Both the position numbers and the translations under genes were made by a program. This document shows positions 47,809-57,808 of a stretch of DNA of 64,000 nucleotides, one piece after another. The stretch covers positions 32,001 through 96,000 of the forward strand of contig CAWJZV010000034.1 in assembly GCA_963847445.1 (NCBI GenBank). The letters run 5' to 3'. Source of the DNA: an uncultured delta proteobacterium (GTDB lineage Bacteria; Desulfobacterota; Binatia; UBA9968). How positions within the stretch are numbered: position 1 is the stretch's first letter; every line of letters begins with the position of its first letter. A model generated the notes under the pieces. The model was not told where the DNA came from and ran no database searches. It saw only the letters and a program-made list of their open reading frames with translations.

Positions 47809-49749
47809 ATGAAACAGCGCAGTTTTTCAACGGCTGACACGGTGGTTAGCGAGGGAGTTTATCCAAGCGGCGTCGGATCTCGTCATGGTAAAATCTATGA
47901 GTCTGAATGGCTCATTTGGGCAGTCCAAGCGTGTATCGGCGTTCTGGGGCTAATTGTTTTCAGCCCGCTTCTGCTTCTGATTGCTTTTACAATCAAGCTT
48001 ACTGATGGCGGGGCTATATTTTACCGCGGCGAACGGGTCGGCCAGGGAAAGCGTATCTTCAAGATCTACAAATTCCGGACGCTCGTCGAGGGTGCGGAAA
48101 AAAAGATCGGCGCCCGGCTATTGCGCACCGAAGACCAGGGCATCTATTACACCAGAATCGGGAGATTTCTAAAGCGAAGCAAGCTTGATGAATTACCCCA
48201 GCTCCTGAACGTTATTCGAGGTGAGATGCGGCTTACCGGTCCTCGACCGGTGCGTCCAATTTTCCTCGATCAGTTCGAGCGCAGCATCGCAAATTACCCT
48301 GATCGTTTCTTGGTGCCCCCGGGTATCACAGGGATTGCCCAACTTCGCGGCGGGTACTACACTTCACCACGGAACAAACTTCGTTACGATCTCATCTACA
48401 TCAAGCGGCGGTCCCTGCTTCTCGATTTTGCAGTCGTCTTTTTCACATTCGCTAAAATACTCAATCGATGGTTCAACAGAGGGTTTTTCGTTCTTTTCCT
48501 ATTTCTCTTTGTGTCCTTTCTTCCGGCGGGCCTGCAACCTTCTTTATACGTAACGTTCTTCGGCACCAGGGTCAGTCTCCTTTACCTATTCATTATCGTT
48601 GTGGCGGCCGGGCTTTTCTTTAAGAAGGGGCCGACTCAGGTTTGCCTGCATCGTGGCCCGCTGAACTTTCCGCTGGTTTTGTTTTTCGCCCTCAGCGCCG
48701 TCTCGGCGCTTTTCGCCGAGGATTTGCATCAGGCCCTTTTGCGGGCCGGTTACTATATCGTCACAGGGTTCATGGTTGCCTTTCTGATTGTGAACAGCCT
48801 CGCCACCAAGGGGTTTATTATTTTGACGGCCCGGGTCATCGCGCTGACCTCGGTGGTGATGTCGGTGTTTGGGCTTTTCCAGATCTTTCTCTTCAATTAT
48901 ACCGTCGCCATGGCCGCGCCTTTTTCCGGCGAACAACTGGCCGGTTATATCCGGGCCTCGTCCTTTCTTGGCAATCCGGTGGTTCTGGCGGTATACCTCG
49001 TTTTGGGACTGCCTCTCTTGCTGTCGGAGGTGACCCGCGCTTCGCGGCAGAGGGAGCGGGACTTCTGGCTCGTCTGCGCCACCCTTTCTTTTGTCGGCAT
49101 CTTTTTCACTCAGACACGGATCGGACTCTTAGCTCTCCTCGTGACCGGAACCGCCTTTCTATCGCGACGCCGGAGCCACGCGATTTTCTTTGTCACGATC
49201 TGTTTAGTCTGGTTGCTGTCTCTGATCGCGCTTGGCGGCGCTCGCTTCTCAGCCGCTGGGATACGGGGCGAGGTGACCGCTTGGGTGGCAAAACAATTGT
49301 ACATTCTCCGGGAGATCCCGGTTAAGACCTGGGTCATCGGCGGCGGAGTGGTCACACCCTACCCGCTCGTCACGGAACCCATAGCGGAGACCGCTCAGTC
49401 CCCTGAAGAAGAGGAGGCCCGCGAGATTCCGAACATGCATGTCACATTAGCTCTCGAGCATGGAATAGTCGGGTGGTGTGTTATCGTCTGGCTCATCCTG
49501 ACTGCTGTGCGGACTATGACTCAGGCTCATCGAAGTACAAGAGACCACGAGCTCAAGTCTATTTTATGGGCGATCGTATCGTCTCTGGTCGGTTTTCTGG
49601 TTTCCATGAATGCCATGAACGTTTTTCACAATCTCCCGCTGCAGATCTTTTTCTGGAGTTTGATCGGTATTGGGCTCGGCACCGTGGTGCATCTTAATGG
49701 ATACCGGCGCTCCAATCTGATCTGGCGGTTCGGCGATGCCGGTGATTGA
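47809..49749 (+). CDS. Priming polyprenyl-phosphate sugar transferase fused to an O-antigen ligase/Wzy-like domain
   Basis: N-terminal YKFRT, LKRSKLDELPQL.NV.RGEM.L.GPRP and PGITG.AQ. The C-terminal multi-TM region has GNP..LA.Y, FTQTR and PNMH..LA.E.G..G. Confidence 0.85.
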   Translation: MKQRSFSTADTVVSEGVYPSGVGSRHGKIYESEWLIWAVQACIGVLGLIVFSPLLLLIAFTIKLTDGGAIFYRGERVGQGKRIFKIYKFRTLVEGAEKKIGARLLRTEDQGIYYTRIGRFLKRSKLDELPQLLNVIRGEMRLTGPRPVRPIFLDQFERSIANYPDRFLVPPGITGIAQLRGGYYTSPRNKLRYDLIYIKRRSLLLDFAVVFFTFAKILNRWFNRGFFVLFLFLFVSFLPAGLQPSLYVTFFGTRVSLLYLFIIVVAAGLFFKKGPTQVCLHRGPLNFPLVLFFALSAVSALFAEDLHQALLRAGYYIVTGFMVAFLIVNSLATKGFIILTARVIALTSVVMSVFGLFQIFLFNYTVAMAAPFSGEQLAGYIRASSFLGNPVVLAVYLVLGLPLLLSEVTRASRQRERDFWLVCATLSFVGIFFTQTRIGLLALLVTGTAFLSRRRSHAIFFVTICLVWLLSLIALGGARFSAAGIRGEVTAWVAKQLYILREIPVKTWVIGGGVVTPYPLVTEPIAETAQSPEEEEAREIPNMHVTLALEHGIVGWCVIVWLILTAVRTMTQAHRSTRDHELKSILWAIVSSLVGFLVSMNAMNVFHNLPLQIFFWSLIGIGLGTVVHLNGYRRSNLIWRFGDAGD

Positions 49750-49958
49750 TGCAATGGAGTAGATTCCACCTTCCTGGAATGTTTCTCGTCGCGACCTGCG
49801 TTCCGTCGCTTCACTCGATAGAGGCGGGCAAGCGGATACCGCGGGCGGATGGGCCGGTATACGACGAGAAAACAGTGGTATAAGAGCTCCAGCGCAGAAG
49901 AACCGTATAGGAAAATTAGCAAGGTCTAGGAAAAGAATTCACAAGGAGAAGAGTTTTC

Positions 49959-50937
49959 ATGAATATCCTTAAACGCATACTACCACAGCGCCGGTCCGAG
50001 ACCGCGGTCCAGGCCGTTCAATCTGCTCCTCAATCCACAAGCGCCGTCCAGAAGGATCAGGTCGAGGCAGCACGACCCTCACCGCAGGCGTCAAACAATT
50101 ACATCATGGTGGTTCTGGATAGCTGTCGCTACGATAGCTTCATGGCCGCGGCGCCTTCCACCTTGAGCCGGCTCGGTGCAATCGAGCGACGTTGGAGCTA
50201 TGCGTCGTGGACCGCTCCATCGCATTTTAATCTGCTGATGGGGTTGCTCCCACACTCGAGCCCGCCTCATGTCTATGCCTCGGAGTATTACAAACACGAC
50301 TTCCTCAAGTATCGAGAACGGTTGGGCGCCGAGCAGGTCGAGTTTAAGAGCCTGGTGCCGCACCTCTTTTTGCCCACGTTTCTTAAACAAAAGTTGGGCT
50401 ATCAAACGCACGCGCTGGTGTCGTTGCCGGTGCTCAATCCCGCGACCCTTATTAACAAGGACTTTGATAGTTTTACGCTAATGCCCAAGCACAACGACAT
50501 GGCGGCGATGATCGATCGCATGACGTTCTCCCCCGACCGGCCGTCTTTTTATATTTTGAACGTGGGCGAGACTCACTACCCTTATGCGTTGCCGGATGAG
50601 CCCGAGGACTGCTGGCCGAAAATTCATGGAGTGCACGGCGTTTTTAAACACTTGGACGACCTGGTAGTGGGCGGAAAGCTGATCGAGGACGAAGGAGCAC
50701 AGGACAAGTTCTTCGACCAGGAGAAACTGGATGACCTGCGTGCCCGGCAGATTGGCACAGTGCGCTATCTGGACGGGATCTTTGCCCGCCTTTTTGACAT
50801 CGGTGCCGCCCAACACCTATATCACGGTGACCGCCGATCATGGCGAGTTGTTCGGCGAGCAAGGGTATTTTGGCCACGGTCCCATTTATCATGAAAAGGC
50901 CTACGAGGTGCCGTTCGTCGAGGGCAAGATCCGCTAG
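49959..50937 (+). CDS. Compact sulfatase-fold/metalloenzyme protein (Thr nucleophile), frameshift near 50800
   Basis: VVLDSCRYD, ASWTAPSH and ETHYPY motifs; the tail TADHGELFGE.GYFGHGP...EVPF is in the 50731 frame. Confidence 0.8.
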
Positions 50938-51036
50938 ACTTTGTTCTGGTGCGAACCAGGATTCGCAGTTCATCAAACCTGACGCTATCCACAATAACTA
51001 TCGTGCAAATCAATGAAACATCCGAAGGAGGATTCT

Positions 51037-52060
51037 ATGAAAAATATCCATTTACCCATTAACGCCTTTGTCGGTTTCGCTATCTTCTGGGCGCTCACTG
51101 GTGCCGCCTGGTCAGCCGATTGCGGAGGTGCTGGAACCGCGAAGGTTCCCTGTTTGTGCGGAGATACGTTGGTGGCGAGCACTACGTTAGACCCCGTCGT
51201 GGACGCTGTAGTTTCGACAAATGACAATGATATCTGCCCTGGCGACGGGCTCATTATTAATACCGCCAACGTCAACCTGAACCTTGGCGGTCAAATAATC
51301 CGGGGTTCGGGCCTTGTTGGTGTCGGTGTGGGTATTAAAATTGACGGCATTGACGTTGACAAGGTCCAAGTCAGGAACGGTGGAATTAAAGCCTTCGAGA
51401 CAGGAATCGCTACCACCCCCGGCAGCAGTACCAATAGGTCCACGATTCGCAAGGTCGCGGTCAGCGACAACTTACTTTTGGGGATAAGCCTGGTGGGCGA
51501 TACCAACACGCTGGATACCGTCGACTCACTGACAAACGGCGACACCGGGGTAATGGTGCAGGGCAATGGCACCACGTTGCTTATCGTCCGATCGAGCCAG
51601 AACGGCAACCACGGAATAGAGGTGATTGGCGATGGCACGGTGCTCCGCTCAGGTCAAGTCAATAGAAATGTCGGAAACGGGATGCAACTGACCGGCAATG
51701 GCAGCCTCTTGGATCACAATCTGGCAACGCGAAATTTCGATGGGATAGTGGTAGTCGGAGACGGTGACGGAAACTCGGCCACCCTTGAGTTATGGAAGAA
51801 CAAAGCTGCGGAAAATGACGGCCACGGGATAATCGTGACCGGTCGATAATCACGTCATCCAGGAAAACCAGGCGACTCTGAATGGCGAGGATGGCATTGC
51901 GGTTACCGGCACGGGAAACCGTCTAATCACAAACAAGGCTATCGACAACGGCGATGATGGGCTCATCGTCACGGGTGGGGGTAATATCAACGGTGGTGGA
52001 AATTCCGGAAAGAAAAACGACGGTGCGGTCCAATGTCAGATCGACGGGTTAAATTGTTAG
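51037..52060 (+). CDS. Secreted right-handed parallel beta-helix protein (paralog of 26117), frameshift near 51844
   Basis: GGAGG RBS, signal peptide, CGG...PC.CG, CPGDGLI and NG..GI.V.G.G repeats. The shifted frame continues to VQCQIDGLNC*. Confidence 0.78.
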
Positions 52061-52193
52061 CTGATCGAGAAAAATTAGCTTGGTTCTCCGCCCCGATAAA
52101 GAACCCGACCCGAAAACTGATCTTTGTCAATTCAATGCGTAGCTCGTTAGATAATCTTCTCGGGTTGTTTATTCCACTCATAGAGGTCCGTTA

Positions 52194-53558
52194 ATGTCCA
52201 GCAATGAGATGGGTTCACTGGTGCTGGCGCTCGGTATACTGATCGCTTTCACCCACGTGCTGGGATACCTATTCGAGCGCCTGCGCCAGCCTCGTCTGGT
52301 AGGCGAGATTCTCGCGGGCATCCTGCTGGGTCCATTCGTGCTTGGGCATGTTGCGCCATCTCTTTCGACGAAGATTTTCGGCGACCTTGCACTCGGCACC
52401 GGTAAAACCGAAGTTGTTTTGAATTTCATTTACTGGATCGGTTTGTTCTTGTTGATGTTCATCTCCGGCAGCGAGACCCGCCGCTTGATGGCAAGGGAGA
52501 ATCAGCGTGAAACGGCATGGCTCCTAGGGATTGGCAAGGCAGTGCCTCTCCTATTAGTTTTAGGTTTAGGGTTTGCTTCGTTTCTTCCGCTGGATCGGAT
52601 CACCGGAGATTCGGGTCACGCCACACCCGCGCTGCTGGTGCTGGCTATCGCGGTGGTGGTGACCTCGATCCCGGTTATCTCTCGGATCTTCTACGACTTG
52701 AAGATTCTCCATACGCGTTTTGCCAGTCTTATCCTTGGTTTTGCGGTTGTCGAAGATATTGTTCTTTGGGGCATGCTGGCGATCGCGACCAACGGTCCCA
52801 AGGGCGCGTCGCTAGCGAACGGGTATGTGATTAACGATATCGCTGCAGAAATTGTTGCGACTCTAATATACCTGACCGTCGGTCTCGTAGTAGCTCCACG
52901 GGCGCTCAAGTTTGTGAATAGTGCGCGTTGGAATATATTGGTGCGAGCATCTTCTGTAGGCTATTTGTTTGTCATCCTGTTTTTCTACGCTGCCTTGGCT
53001 TCCCTGTTTGGAGTCAACCTAGTATTTGCTTCTTTTTTAGCTGGGTTTGCTATCGTCAACGGCGCTAGTGGCGCTGAAAGGGCGCGCTTCTCTGAATCGC
53101 TTGATTCTATCGGAAAAGTCGCGTTCGCCGTATTTATTCCAATCTACTTTGCGATCGTCGGGTACAAATTGGTGTTAGGCAGAGGCTTTTCGCTTGCGAT
53201 GGTTGTGGTCTTTTTGATCGGTTCGTCTTTGATATCCATGCTCTCAACTAGCTTTGCCGCCAAACTGGCCGGATTTCGTAAGCTAGACATCATGAATCTA
53301 GCTATCACCACCAATGCTCGCGGCGGCCCTGGCATTATCCTAGCGAGCGTGGCCTTCGATGCGGGCATCATCAACGCGCAATTTTATACAACGCTGGTTT
53401 TGACGGCTGTGGTGACGTCGCAGGCAGCGGGAGCATGGCTGCGCTTCGTGTTAGGCAGAGGATGGCCGCTGCTGTCGACCAACCCAACGGAAATCTGGTC
53501 CGGCGCGGACATCGACCGACAGGTGGAATTGGAACCGGCACGTAAGACTACAGCGTAA
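52194..53558 (+). CDS. Cation:proton antiporter (CPA2 family)
   Basis: LRQPRLVGEILAGILLGP, TSIPVISRI, FIPIYFA.VG and NARG motifs; about 12 TM. Confidence 0.88.
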   Translation: MSSNEMGSLVLALGILIAFTHVLGYLFERLRQPRLVGEILAGILLGPFVLGHVAPSLSTKIFGDLALGTGKTEVVLNFIYWIGLFLLMFISGSETRRLMARENQRETAWLLGIGKAVPLLLVLGLGFASFLPLDRITGDSGHATPALLVLAIAVVVTSIPVISRIFYDLKILHTRFASLILGFAVVEDIVLWGMLAIATNGPKGASLANGYVINDIAAEIVATLIYLTVGLVVAPRALKFVNSARWNILVRASSVGYLFVILFFYAALASLFGVNLVFASFLAGFAIVNGASGAERARFSESLDSIGKVAFAVFIPIYFAIVGYKLVLGRGFSLAMVVVFLIGSSLISMLSTSFAAKLAGFRKLDIMNLAITTNARGGPGIILASVAFDAGIINAQFYTTLVLTAVVTSQAAGAWLRFVLGRGWPLLSTNPTEIWSGADIDRQVELEPARKTTA

Positions 53559-53710
53559 CCGTCCTGGACCCAGATTCGCAGTCAAGACCAATACCGGGTG
53601 CTCCGGGCTGTGGGCGGCTTGCTTGAATATTGCCCGTCCCTTATTTCCCACTTCAGATCTTCCCGCTCAGCCCTACGCCAACTCATTGGTTCGCGCTGAT
53701 GAAGCGCCGC

Positions 53711-53926
53711 TAGCGTGGCTTTCGATGCAGACAGCATCAACGACGCGCAATTTTTATAACGCTTGTTTTGTCTGCCGAGCCAACGTCGCCGGCAGCCGGT
53801 GCATGGCAGCGCTTCGAACCAGGTAGCGGATGTCCGGCAATGTCGACCTACCCAACAGAAATCTGGTCCGGTGCAGTTGTCGAACAACCAGTGGAGTTGG
53901 AACAAGCACAAAAGACTTTGCCGTGA
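53711..53926 (+). pseudogene. Diverged tandem copy of the 3' end of the antiporter gene (53346..53558)
   Basis: Collinear match (AGCGTGGC.TTCGATGC...GCATGGC.GCGCTTCG...TGTCGACC.ACCCAAC.GAAATCTGGTCCGG...GTGGA.TTGGAAC) with indels; it ends at the equivalent stop. Confidence 0.85.
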
Positions 53927-54068
53927 TCGCGCCGGTTTCAAGCCCGCAGTCCCGTATTAATACTAAGGAAGGAGTGAAAGGGTGGTCGCAGACCATGAGT
54001 TTTCCGCTTTCTAGGGCATTCACACATCGAGCTGAACTTCAGGTTGTCTTTCAAAGGAGGAAAAAACA

Positions 54069-55253
54069 ATGCAACAAACGTCACTCTCCGCATGCTTCGC
54101 TGTCGCAGCGGCGTTTATCGGGCTGCTGATCGGTATACCATTACACGCGCGCGCCGGCTCTTTTAACTTCGAGAAAATCGCCGATTTTAACACTGTCATT
54201 CCTGGTGGAAAGAAGACTTTTACCGGCCTTCACGATCCTTCTATCAATGATCAGGGGCAAATGCTGTTCAGGGCAAGAGGAAAGTCCGGTCAGCGTGGCA
54301 TTTATGTCTATCAGGGCGGTATTCTGGCGGTGGTCGCAGACGCCAATACTGTTCTCCCTGGTGAGGCAGGGGTTTTAACAGGCGTTCGCGATCTATCAAT
54401 GAATAACAGCGGCCAAGTAGTGTTTGAGGCAACAGGCAGTTCCGGCCAGCAGGGCATTTATCTCAAAGCGGGCGGAAGTCTCGCGGTTGTGGCAGACCGC
54501 AAAACGCCCATTCCCGGCGGAAGCGGAAATTTCACCAGTCTCAGCGCTCCTTTTATCAGTGACCAGGGGGAGGTTCTTTTTAAGGGAGACGGCGAGAACG
54601 ATCAGCATGGTATCTACAGTTATAGAGGAGGCATACTGGCAATTGTCGCCGACACTAAAACTGCTATTCCGGCCGGAAAAAAATTCTTCGTTAATTTCCG
54701 TCATCTTTCGATAAATAGGGCGGGGCAGGTGGTGTTTAACGGCAAGGGCCACTCTGAGCAGCGCGGCATTTATATCCACATGGGCGACCGTCTGGTGGTT
54801 GTAGCAGACCGCAACACGCCCCTTCCTGATGGAAGTAAAACTTTTAAAGCGTTCCGCAAAGCTTCCATTGACGCTGAGGCGGAGATCGCGTTTAAGGCAA
54901 AAGGAAAATCCGATCAGCGCGGTATTTATATCGACATCGGGGGTAATCTCGCTGTCGTGGCGGATCACAATACGGCTATTCCGGACGGAGCGGGAAATTT
55001 TGATTTATTCGGGATCCCTTCTATCGATAGCGGGCACGTGGCCTTTACAGCCAACAGCGATAACCAAGGAGGTCTATACACGACCCTCGGTGGCTCGCTT
55101 ACGAAGGTCCTCTCATTGGGCGATCCGCTTGCTGGAAAGACAGTGACGGAAATAATTTTTCGACCGGACGGCCTTAGCGGTAACAACATTATCTTCAAAG
55201 TTATTTTCGACGATTCTTCGAGAGCCATCTACCGGGCCGTTCTGGCTGCCTAA
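54069..55253 (+). CDS. Secreted tandem-repeat (NxxGxxxF) beta-propeller-like protein
   Basis: AGGAGG RBS, signal peptide, and six to seven ~50-aa repeats (SIN..GQ..F...GIY....G.LAVVAD..T.IP). Confidence 0.8.
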   Translation: MQQTSLSACFAVAAAFIGLLIGIPLHARAGSFNFEKIADFNTVIPGGKKTFTGLHDPSINDQGQMLFRARGKSGQRGIYVYQGGILAVVADANTVLPGEAGVLTGVRDLSMNNSGQVVFEATGSSGQQGIYLKAGGSLAVVADRKTPIPGGSGNFTSLSAPFISDQGEVLFKGDGENDQHGIYSYRGGILAIVADTKTAIPAGKKFFVNFRHLSINRAGQVVFNGKGHSEQRGIYIHMGDRLVVVADRNTPLPDGSKTFKAFRKASIDAEAEIAFKAKGKSDQRGIYIDIGGNLAVVADHNTAIPDGAGNFDLFGIPSIDSGHVAFTANSDNQGGLYTTLGGSLTKVLSLGDPLAGKTVTEIIFRPDGLSGNNIIFKVIFDDSSRAIYRAVLAA

Positions 55254-55303
55254 GCTTCGAGTTCCTGAACCGTAATTTGTTGAGCTCTTTTTCCTGGATG
55301 ATC

Positions 55304-56548
55304 ATGGGTCTTCATTCGCCTCGCGTGACTCTCGCTGCCTACACCCATTTCGGTGCTAGGGGGCTCAAGGGCGTTGGTATGTACCACATTGTGAAAGAAG
55401 CGTGGAGGAGAGGGTGGGTAGAGAAAGTAATTGCAGTGTCAAAGAGCCGTTGCCAATATGACTTCGATCTTCGTCTGGTGGATACACTTCCCGGTGGATC
55501 ACGCCTGATCCACGGTCTCGGCCAGGTTAAAGAAAAGCTATGGCGGGGGTTTCCATCCCGCTGGCTGAATGAGACGATCTTTGATCAGTACGCTGCGTCC
55601 CGGCTGAGCGGCTCAGGCGGGATATTTATCGCGACTCCGGGGCTGGTTCGGACTGCGCGCAAAGCCAAGAATCTTGGCTATACGACTCTCCTTTACGGCG
55701 GCCATTCTGACCCTGCGTTTCTGTTGCAACAAATACAGATCGAGCGGAGCGCCTTCGGCCTAAAAACCACTAATCAGAACAAAGGTCGCTCTTGGGAAAT
55801 GGCACGCTTCGCGGCGCACATCGATACCTCAGATTACATCCTTGCTATTTCGGAGTTTGCCGCCAACACTTACGTGCAGCAGGGATTTCCACCGGAAAGA
55901 ATCTTTATCGTCCCGCTCGGGGTGGATCTCGCCAAGTTTTCCGCCACGCCGCCGCCTTCCGGCAACGACTTCACGTATCTGTTCATGGCTCATGCGAGCG
56001 GCAGTACGGGTATATTGAAGGGCCTTCCGTACCTTTTACAGGCATGGGATGAGATGAGCCTGCAGCACGCTCGGCTTCTAATATGTGGGCATATCGGCCA
56101 GGAGGTTCAAGACTTGGTTGCCAGATATAGAAATAAATTCACCAATGTGGAGTTTACCGGTAGCGTCAGTGATCCTGTGCAGTATTATCAAAGAGCATCC
56201 GTCTTTGTATTCCCCTCACTTGCGGAGGGATTCGGGAAGGTCGTTCTTGAAGCCATGGCCAGCGGCCGCCCTGTTATCACTACCTCGATCCCAAAACCGG
56301 TGGTCCGGGATGGCATCGACGGATTTTATATCTCTCCCCGCGACGTAGCGGATTTGAAAGAAAAGATGCGGTACTTTTACAATCGTCCGGAGGAAGTTGG
56401 TCGAATGGGGATGCACGCCAGCGAACAAGCCCGCAGGTTCAGTTGGGACAGATTCAGCGTACAGGTGGCCGACATAGTGGCAAGGGCTGCTGCGGGAAGT
56501 CCACCTGCGAGGTCCAAATTTTCGGTCCAGCCGGCTGACGGGCAGTAA
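55304..56548 (+). CDS. GT4 glycosyltransferase (close paralog of 27176)
   Basis: Shares AAY.HFGARGLKGV with 27176; FPSLAEGFGKVVLEAMASGRPVI. Confidence 0.88.
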   Translation: MGLHSPRVTLAAYTHFGARGLKGVGMYHIVKEAWRRGWVEKVIAVSKSRCQYDFDLRLVDTLPGGSRLIHGLGQVKEKLWRGFPSRWLNETIFDQYAASRLSGSGGIFIATPGLVRTARKAKNLGYTTLLYGGHSDPAFLLQQIQIERSAFGLKTTNQNKGRSWEMARFAAHIDTSDYILAISEFAANTYVQQGFPPERIFIVPLGVDLAKFSATPPPSGNDFTYLFMAHASGSTGILKGLPYLLQAWDEMSLQHARLLICGHIGQEVQDLVARYRNKFTNVEFTGSVSDPVQYYQRASVFVFPSLAEGFGKVVLEAMASGRPVITTSIPKPVVRDGIDGFYISPRDVADLKEKMRYFYNRPEEVGRMGMHASEQARRFSWDRFSVQVADIVARAAAGSPPARSKFSVQPADGQ

Positions 56549-56740
56549 TCGCTGGGGGTTGCTGGCTAGCGATCTCTGGAATGCTATTGGTTTCCCGCTA
56601 GGTACGATGAGGGATAAGCGGTAAATCAGCGCACGTTCGCAAAAATCTTGCCTGGCCTACGCCCCATTTGATTTTGGAGCTACGTTCGCGCGCGAATTTC
56701 ACTTTTAGGAATTGAGATATTTCTGGGAAGGCAAAAGCAC

Positions 56741-57635
56741 ATGAAGAATGTGACGATCTATTTTGTCGCGCTATTCGTGATACTGCTGGCGGCGCCAGCA
56801 TCACCCAATACCGATGCTGTAAACCCTTTGGTCAAATTTTTCGAGGGACGGTTAAGCATCCGTGCTGTGAATATCCCTCTCAAGGAATTGGTCCAGGAAA
56901 TTCGCAAGAAAAGCGGCATTGTTGTCGAGATCAGAGATCTCAAAGCTGCGGAGAAGCGGATTACCGTCGATCTTGTCAATCTCTCACCCGCACTCGCACT
57001 CGAAGAGATTCTCAGAGGCTTCAGTTTTGCCTTGCTCTATAACAATAGGGCCCATCTTTCCGAAGCCGTGGTCTTGGCGCCCGTAGTTCCTCCTCCGCAG
57101 GTCGCTCAATCCAAGCCCCCACCACCCCGGCCGCTGCAGCCTGTGAGAATACCTTCAGTCCCCGGCCCGGATTTCGAAGCGCTGCTAAAGCGCAACCGGG
57201 ACGAAGGCATGCAAGCTATTTCGCTAGCTCTGAAGGGAAGTAACCGGAGAGATAAGCTTGAGGCTGTGGATGCGCTTGAGAGCTTCGGATCCGCTGACGA
57301 CCCGGAAATCATCCGGCTTCTCGGAGAAGCGCTGGCCGATTCCGACAAGGCGGTAAAGAAATCCGCGCTTGAGGCTTTGGTGGATAAAGGAAGGGGTAGC
57401 GGTGATTCCCCTTCTCGCCGCCGGACTCAAAGATCCAGACCCTTCAATCCGTGTAGAAGTTCTCGACGCCCTAAGTGATAAAGGGGAACTCCAGTTGGTG
57501 AGAAACGCGCTCTCGGATCCAGACAAAGAGGTCAGAGAAAAAGCGCAGGAGCTTTTAGAGACCGAACGCAAAGCGACTGATTTCAAAGCTAACAGCCAAC
57601 GGAATACTGGTCGGCCCGCCTTGCAACGAAGGTGA
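56741..57635 (+). CDS. Exported protein with an STN/secretin-N0-like domain, Pro-rich linker and HEAT repeats; frameshift near 57389
   Basis: Signal peptide; LSIRA.NIPLKEL..EI..KSGI; repeats L.D.D..V...ALEAL continue in the 57369 frame. Confidence 0.7.
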
Positions 57636-57808
57636 GAAGTCTTGACGCGTTAAAGAAGATCTTTCCTGAGGAAAGATCGAGAGGCTACTCGTGAACTGTC
57701 CGCCGCTAGAGTCTATGCCTTTTCTTTGAGTATACTCTTCAGCTTACTAGAGAAGTCCGAACCTGCCGCGAGAATTCGCCGGACCCATTGGGATTATACG
57801 ACCGGACG

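Noticed and set aside
49782-49871. 10-bp inverted repeat TTTCTCGTCG/CGACGAGAAA as a structured ncRNA
   Set aside because: Short arms, a long spacer and no recognisable family; it could be chance.
54150-55100. ~150-bp periodic DNA similarity as a CRISPR or other non-coding array
   Set aside because: It is explained by protein repeats within one ORF; the repeats are not identical and there are no spacers.
2328-57635. Programmed frameshifting or phase variation as the cause of split genes
   Set aside because: There is no shared slippery motif, most sites are not long homopolymers, and the affected genes are unrelated.
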